Part shown: positions 50,334 to 54,820 of the stretch, one piece after another
Numbering within the stretch: position 1 is the stretch's first letter
How the letters are laid out: the number at the start of each line of letters is the position of its first letter
Origin: a bacterium
GTDB lineage: Bacteria > Acidobacteriota > Blastocatellia > HR10
Direction of reading: 5' to 3'
DNA length: 54,820 nt
Assembly (NCBI GenBank): GCA_041640655.1
Contig: JBEPZV010000014.1
Coordinates: 1 to 54,820 of the forward strand
Notes under the pieces: model-generated
The model's input: only the letters and a program-made list of their open reading frames with translations
The model's database searches: none
What the model was told of the DNA's origin: nothing
Program-made: the position numbers and the translations under genes

Positions 50334-51049
50334 CGCTCGCCGATCAGGATGAACCGATAGGGGAAATGGCGATGCAGCGAGAGCGCGCGCAAATCGAGCG
50401 CCGCTTTCAGCTGCTGGCATTCCCGCACGGTGAATCCTCGAAGGATGGAGATCGGGCCATCGTGGCGCACGAGCCGGCTGCGGAAGAACAGGTGCGAGAG
50501 CGCGCGAAAGCCATAGTACGCGACAGGATGTCGCCGCAGATCGTGAATGAGGAAAGCCTCACGCGCCAGCTCCGCCAGACGGCGGAGGAAGGGGAGGATC
50601 TCCTCATCCTCCAGGTGGTGAAGGAATTCGGTGGCGAGGACGAAATCGAACGCTTCGCGCGGGAAGGGCAGTTGCCGCGCGTCGGCGCGCACGAGGGCGA
50701 TCTCCGGATAGTGTTCGATCTGCTGACGCGCATAATGCAGGACGGGCCAGCCGAGGTCCAGGGCTACGATCTCCACCTGCCGCCCGTGTCGTCGGGCCCA
50801 TTTGGCGATCGCGCGAGGGATGTCGGCTGCCCCCGTCGCGACGTCCAGGATGCGCACCGGAGCGCGCGTCAGGCGCTCGATCCTCGGGAAGAGATGCCGT
50901 GCCAGAGCCGATCGCACGCGCAGCGCGCCGTTGATGCGCTCCAGGTCGCGCAGCGCGGCGGCGACGTCCGCCAGCGGCGCGTCGAGATCATCCATCCATT
51001 CCCGCGCCCTCGCGCGTTTCGAGAAATCGGGGAGCACGCCCACGGTCAC
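50330..51049 (-). CDS. Class I SAM-dependent methyltransferase
   Basis: 'EWMDD', 'ILDVATGAADI', 'ADARQLPF...FDFV...FLHHL', 'DLRR', 'HDGPISI'. Confidence 0.9.
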   Translation of the reverse strand: MTVGVLPDFSKRARAREWMDDLDAPLADVAAALRDLERINGALRVRSALARHLFPRIERLTRAPVRILDVATGAADIPRAIAKWARRHGRQVEIVALDLGWPVLHYARQQIEHYPEIALVRADARQLPFPREAFDFVLATEFLHHLEDEEILPFLRRLAELAREAFLIHDLRRHPVAYYGFRALSHLFFRSRLVRHDGPISILRGFTVRECQQLKAALDLRALSLHRHFPYRFILIGER

Positions 51050-52317
51050 CCCTCATCCGCGCCCACGACGAGCGCCGCATTCTTGGATCCGAAGCTGAGG
51101 CAATTGACCAAGGCCACGCGCACCCGCGCCGTCCGACCGCGATGCGGCACGTAATCGAGATCGCATTCGGGGTCCGACTCGTCGAGATTGATCGTCGGAT
51201 GAATGAACCCCTCTTGTAGAGCCAGCAGCGCCGCGGCCAATCCGGCAGCCCCGCACGCTCCTTGCGGATGGCCGATCAGGGATTTCGTCGCGCTCATCGG
51301 GATGCGGCGAGCGTGTTCGCCGAAGGCGAGCTTCACGGCGCGCGTCTCGATCCGATCATTGAGCACGGTGGATGTCCCATGCAGGTTGATATAATCCACG
51401 TCGGCGGGGGAGAGCCCTGCTTCTTCGAGTGCCAACCGCATGGCGCGCGCGGGCTCCTCACCGCTTTCATCCACGCGCACGCGGTGGTGGGCGTCGCAGG
51501 TCGCCCCGTAGCCGAGGATCTCGGCATAGATCCTCGCGCCGCGCCGCCGCGCGCGCTCCCGCTCCTCGAGGACGAAAATCCACGCGCCTTCACCGAGGAC
51601 GAAGCCGTCGCGATCCCGGCTGAAGGGGCGCGAGGCGCGCTCGGGCGCATGATTCCATGAGGCCGTGAGCGCGCGCATAGCGCAGAAGGCCGTCAGGATC
51701 CCATGCGCGAGCGGCGCATCCACGCCTCCGGTGATCACCACATCGGCGCGCCCCAGCTGAATGGTCTGGGCCGCGTAGGCGATGGCATCGGTCGCACTGG
51801 CACATCCGGTCGAGATGACGTGACTCATCCCGTGAAATCCGAACGCCGTCGAGAGTTCGCTCGAGAGCGTCCCGATCGTAGAGCTGGCGATCGTATAGAT
51901 GCTCGCCCGCTTCGCCTCGCCGGTGAAGTAGTATCGGTACTGCCGTTCGGTGAATTCGAGTCCGCCGCCTCCGCTGCCGATGATCACGGCGATGCGGCGT
52001 CGTTCGTCTCGGGAGAGGTCCTCGGGGCGAATCCCCGCATCTGCCAGGGCTTCGCGCGCCGCCCACAGCGCCATCGGAACGACACGCGGCACATGCTGCC
52101 GCTCTTTGGGGGGCATGATCTCGTAGACGTCAATGCCTGTGACCTCGGCCGCGATCTGCACGGGCAGGTCCGAGGCGTCAAAGCGCGTGATGCGTCCCAC
52201 GCCGCTTCGCCCCTCCCTCAAGGCCTTCCAGAAGGCCTCTCGCCCAACGCCGTTCGGACTCAGACAACCGACCCCGGTGATGACCGCGCGACGGGAGACA
52301 CTCAGCTCATGCCTCAT
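51046..52317 (-). CDS. Beta-ketoacyl synthase (FabF / type II KS-like)
   Basis: 'VITGVGCLSPNG', active-site 'STGCAS', 'SRPF..DRDGFVLGEG', 'HGTST', 'KSLIGH', 'SFG..NA'. Confidence 0.93.
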   Translation of the reverse strand: MRHELSVSRRAVITGVGCLSPNGVGREAFWKALREGRSGVGRITRFDASDLPVQIAAEVTGIDVYEIMPPKERQHVPRVVPMALWAAREALADAGIRPEDLSRDERRRIAVIIGSGGGGLEFTERQYRYYFTGEAKRASIYTIASSTIGTLSSELSTAFGFHGMSHVISTGCASATDAIAYAAQTIQLGRADVVITGGVDAPLAHGILTAFCAMRALTASWNHAPERASRPFSRDRDGFVLGEGAWIFVLEERERARRRGARIYAEILGYGATCDAHHRVRVDESGEEPARAMRLALEEAGLSPADVDYINLHGTSTVLNDRIETRAVKLAFGEHARRIPMSATKSLIGHPQGACGAAGLAAALLALQEGFIHPTINLDESDPECDLDYVPHRGRTARVRVALVNCLSFGSKNAALVVGADEG

Positions 52318-52366
52318 CGGGCCGATCCTCCCCGAGCCCCCGCTCCTCCTCGCCTTGCGCGGCTCA

Positions 52367-52396
52367 AGTATAAAGCTGTCCCCATCGGCGGGGCAA
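52367..52396 (-). promoter_or_regulatory. Putative sigma70 promoter for the KS-MT-oxidoreductase triad
   Basis: TTGCCC-N18-TATACT about 50 nt upstream of the KS start. Confidence 0.6.
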
Positions 52397-52428
52397 GACG
52401 GGGTTCCCAGGGAGGCGGGCGGTCTGTT

Positions 52429-53373
52429 TCAGCGCGGGGGCTTCGGCCGCTCGATGGGGAGGTCTTCGCGCGTGCTCCAATCGTGCCAGGAGCCGTAGTA
52501 ATTGCGGCTCTTCGTATACCCGAGCAAGCGCAATACAAAGAGGGTGTGCGCGGCGCGCCCTCCACCCTGGCAATAGGTGATGATCTCCTTGTCCTTGGTG
52601 ACGCCCAACGACTCGTACAATCGGCGTAACTCAGCCGCCGATTTGAACACCGGCACTTCCCCTTCGGTCAGATTCGCGCGCCACTCCACGTTGACGGCCC
52701 CGGGAATATGTCCTCCTCGCGGGCCGAGGACGCGCTCGCCTCGATACTCCTCAGGAGATCGCGCATCAATGATGACGACGGCATCCGCGCGCAGCTTGCG
52801 CACCAACTCCGGCGCTGTACAGATCGTCTGTGGATTCGTTCGAACCTGAAACTCGGTGCGTTCGACGTGAGGCCGCTCGCGGGTCACCGGGCGACCTTCT
52901 TTCGCCCACTTTCGCCAGCCACCGTTCAAGAGGCTGCAGGCCGTGTGCCCGTAGTAGTCGAGGATGAACCAGAGTCGCGCGGCTGCTTGCCCCCCCACTT
53001 CATCATACGCGATCACGCGCGTCCCATTGCCGATGCCGAGTTCGCTCATCAGGGCGGCGAATCGCTCCGGCGGAGGAACGTAGAGGAGGCGGTCCTCAGG
53101 ATCTCGAAGCTTCCCTTGGTCCAGATGGACGGCGTTCGGGATATGCCCCTCGGCATAGGCCTCCGCCGAGCGCACATCCACAATCCGGATGTTCGGATCG
53201 TTCAGATGCGCGGCGAGCCATTCGGTCTCGACCAGCATCTCCGGGTGGGCGTAGTCCTCGCCGAATGCCGAAGAGGGCGCGCCCGCGATGGCCAGGAGAA
53301 GAAGCGCGGAGAGAAATGAGAGAAAACGCCGCCCTCGCGGCGATGGTGTTCGTGCGATCGGCGGGAGTCTCAT
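52429..53373 (-). CDS. Two-domain rhodanese/sulfurtransferase with signal peptide (alternative GTG 53454)
   Basis: 'YAEGHIPNAV', 'LLNGG..KW', 'IIDARSPEEY.G', 'GGHIPGA', active loop 'YCQGGGRA', 'YYGSW.DW'. Confidence 0.92.
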   Translation of the reverse strand: MRLPPIARTPSPRGRRFLSFLSALLLLAIAGAPSSAFGEDYAHPEMLVETEWLAAHLNDPNIRIVDVRSAEAYAEGHIPNAVHLDQGKLRDPEDRLLYVPPPERFAALMSELGIGNGTRVIAYDEVGGQAAARLWFILDYYGHTACSLLNGGWRKWAKEGRPVTRERPHVERTEFQVRTNPQTICTAPELVRKLRADAVVIIDARSPEEYRGERVLGPRGGHIPGAVNVEWRANLTEGEVPVFKSAAELRRLYESLGVTKDKEIITYCQGGGRAAHTLFVLRLLGYTKSRNYYGSWHDWSTREDLPIERPKPPR

Positions 53374-53450
53374 CCGGGCCCTCCTTCGAGATGGCGACTT
53401 CGGAGGGATCGCATCGCCGCGCGATCCCTCCGAGGGGAAGTCCTCGTGCT

Positions 53451-53765
53451 TCACACCACCTTCAAGAAGATGACGGCCAGTGTGAAGAGCACGAGCGTCT
53501 CAATGAACACGACGCCAATGAGCATGAGCGTTTGGAGCCGTCCGCCGGCCCCGGGATTCCGCGCAGCGCCCTCACAGGCTGCGGCGATCGCGCGCGAGTC
53601 AGCGTAGGCCGCCGCCGCCGCCGCGATCGCCATGCCGAAGGCGGCGGAGACATACTTGAACGTCGTGTCGGTGATGCCCGCCCCGGCTTGTTGCGCCCAT
53701 GCGGGAGCGGCGAAGAACAGGAGCGAGGCTAGGCCGATCATTCGCGTGCTCAGTGGTGCCTTCAT
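53451..53765 (-). CDS. atpE: ATP synthase F0 subunit c
   Basis: Loop 'EGAARNP', carboxylate 'FIETL'; GAAGGAGG SD before ATG 53765; follows atpB. Confidence 0.95.
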   Translation of the reverse strand: MKAPLSTRMIGLASLLFFAAPAWAQQAGAGITDTTFKYVSAAFGMAIAAAAAAYADSRAIAAACEGAARNPGAGGRLQTLMLIGVVFIETLVLFTLAVIFLKVV

Positions 53766-53966
53766 GCGTCCTCCTTCGTCCGTGTGATGCTCAGGGCCGA
53801 GCGGGGCGTATGAGTCCTTCGACGCCCGGTATACTCTCATCCCCCTCTTCCGACGAGAGCTCCAGACGGCATCGAATCTCGGCAATCACCGCGAGCCCGC
53901 GGCCCTTCCCCGCCTCAAGCGGAGAGCGAAAGGCATCGGCGCGATGTCCTTCGCCCTCCCCTCGAT

Positions 53967-54820
53967 TCACGCGGACGCCACCTCCTCCTGCAGCTCGACG
54001 CGCGAGACGGTGCTCGCCTCAGCGTGATGCGTCACCTCGCCGATGTAGATGATCGAGAGCATGACGAAGATGAACGTCTGCATGATCGCGACGAACAGCC
54101 CCAGCGGCATCAGCAGCACAGGCACCCCCCAGGCGACGATCTCAGTGAAGACGCTCGCCAGGGTCTCATCGCCGAAGATATTCCAGAACAGACGCATCGA
54201 GAGTGAGAGGATCCGCGCTGAATTGCTCACGATCTCGACCGGGAAGAAGAGCGGTGCGATCGCCAGGACCGGCCCGGCGAAGTGGCGCAGGTATTCGACG
54301 GGCCCGTTCTCCCGCAGGCCGACATAGTTGTAGTAGAGGAACGACATGAGCGCGAGCGCCAAGGGGACGTTGTAGTTGGCCGTCGGCGCGACCAATCCCG
54401 GAATGAGCCCCATGAGGTTGCACACCCCGATGAGGATGGCGAATGTCCCGATCACGGGGAAATACCTCATGCCGTGTGGACCGATGTTCTCCCGCATCAG
54501 ATTGCGCAAGCCGCTGAAGAGCAGCTCGAACAGTTGCTGACGCGGGCTCGGATTCTCCAGCGAGAGCCGGCCAAGCAGCAGCCGCAGGCCCACGGTGCTG
54601 ATGAGCACGGCGATGAAGAACATGACCACATGCGTGGGGATGGGCAGATGCGGATCGCCGTGCCACTCCGCGCCGAAGAGTCCGTAGAGGTGAGGCATGA
54701 GCGCTTGCTGCCACCGATAGACGGTGGGGCCGAAGACGTGATTCACCCATTCGACGATGGCCGGGACATGATGCGCCGCCTCTGCTCCCGCGGCTAAGAG
54801 CACGGGTTCGGTGACCGACA
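53967..54820 (-). CDS. atpB: ATP synthase F0 subunit a (frame open to the window end; GTG 54803 possible)
   Basis: 'NLMGLIPG..APTAN', 'PVEIVSNSARILSLSMRLFWN', 'MQTFIFVMLS'. Confidence 0.95.
   Translation of the reverse strand, partial: SVTEPVLLAAGAEAAHHVPAIVEWVNHVFGPTVYRWQQALMPHLYGLFGAEWHGDPHLPIPTHVVMFFIAVLISTVGLRLLLGRLSLENPSPRQQLFELLFSGLRNLMRENIGPHGMRYFPVIGTFAILIGVCNLMGLIPGLVAPTANYNVPLALALMSFLYYNYVGLRENGPVEYLRHFAGPVLAIAPLFFPVEIVSNSARILSLSMRLFWNIFGDETLASVFTEIVAWGVPVLLMPLGLFVAIMQTFIFVMLSIIYIGEVTHHAEASTVSRVELQEEVASA

Overview
GC-rich bacterial chromosomal window of about 56 mostly housekeeping or envelope genes plus tmRNA. Gene style suggests a thermophile-like Acidobacteriota (inference from the poly-Pro/GGVP TonB, the split atpBE unit with an N-terminally extended c subunit, and Arg/Glu-rich proteins). 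Main contents: rqcH (5'-truncated), DHH phosphoesterase, M23 peptidase, folD, TPR-lytic transglycosylase, yraN, two prenyltransferases, nfeD-stomatin, lnt, xseAB-ispA, an isocitrate/isopropylmalate-family dehydrogenase, an MNT-HEPN pair, a CDF transporter, ssrA, rph, prmC, HIT, dapF, comF, a PPIase, rpmB, a RidA-family gene, rel, a tonB-exbB-exbD-exbD-TPR unit, tgt-yajC-secD-secF, a LonC-like protease, an aminotransferase, an orphan ketosynthase-methyltransferase-flavoprotein triad, an exported rhodanese, and atpE-atpB (atpB possibly 5'-truncated). I saw no CRISPR array, integrase or transposase. The strongest oddities are: (1) SecF with a ComEA-like helix-hairpin-helix domain inserted in its periplasmic loop, next to a receptor-less TonB/ExbB/2xExbD/TPR motor; (2) an ATP synthase c subunit with a glycine-free inner helix and a second carboxylate; (3) an ACP-less KS-MT-oxidoreductase triad with its own promoter and a structured 3' element; (4) degenerate HEPN-like proteins. 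All family calls come from motif recognition by eye; no database searches or folding programs were run.
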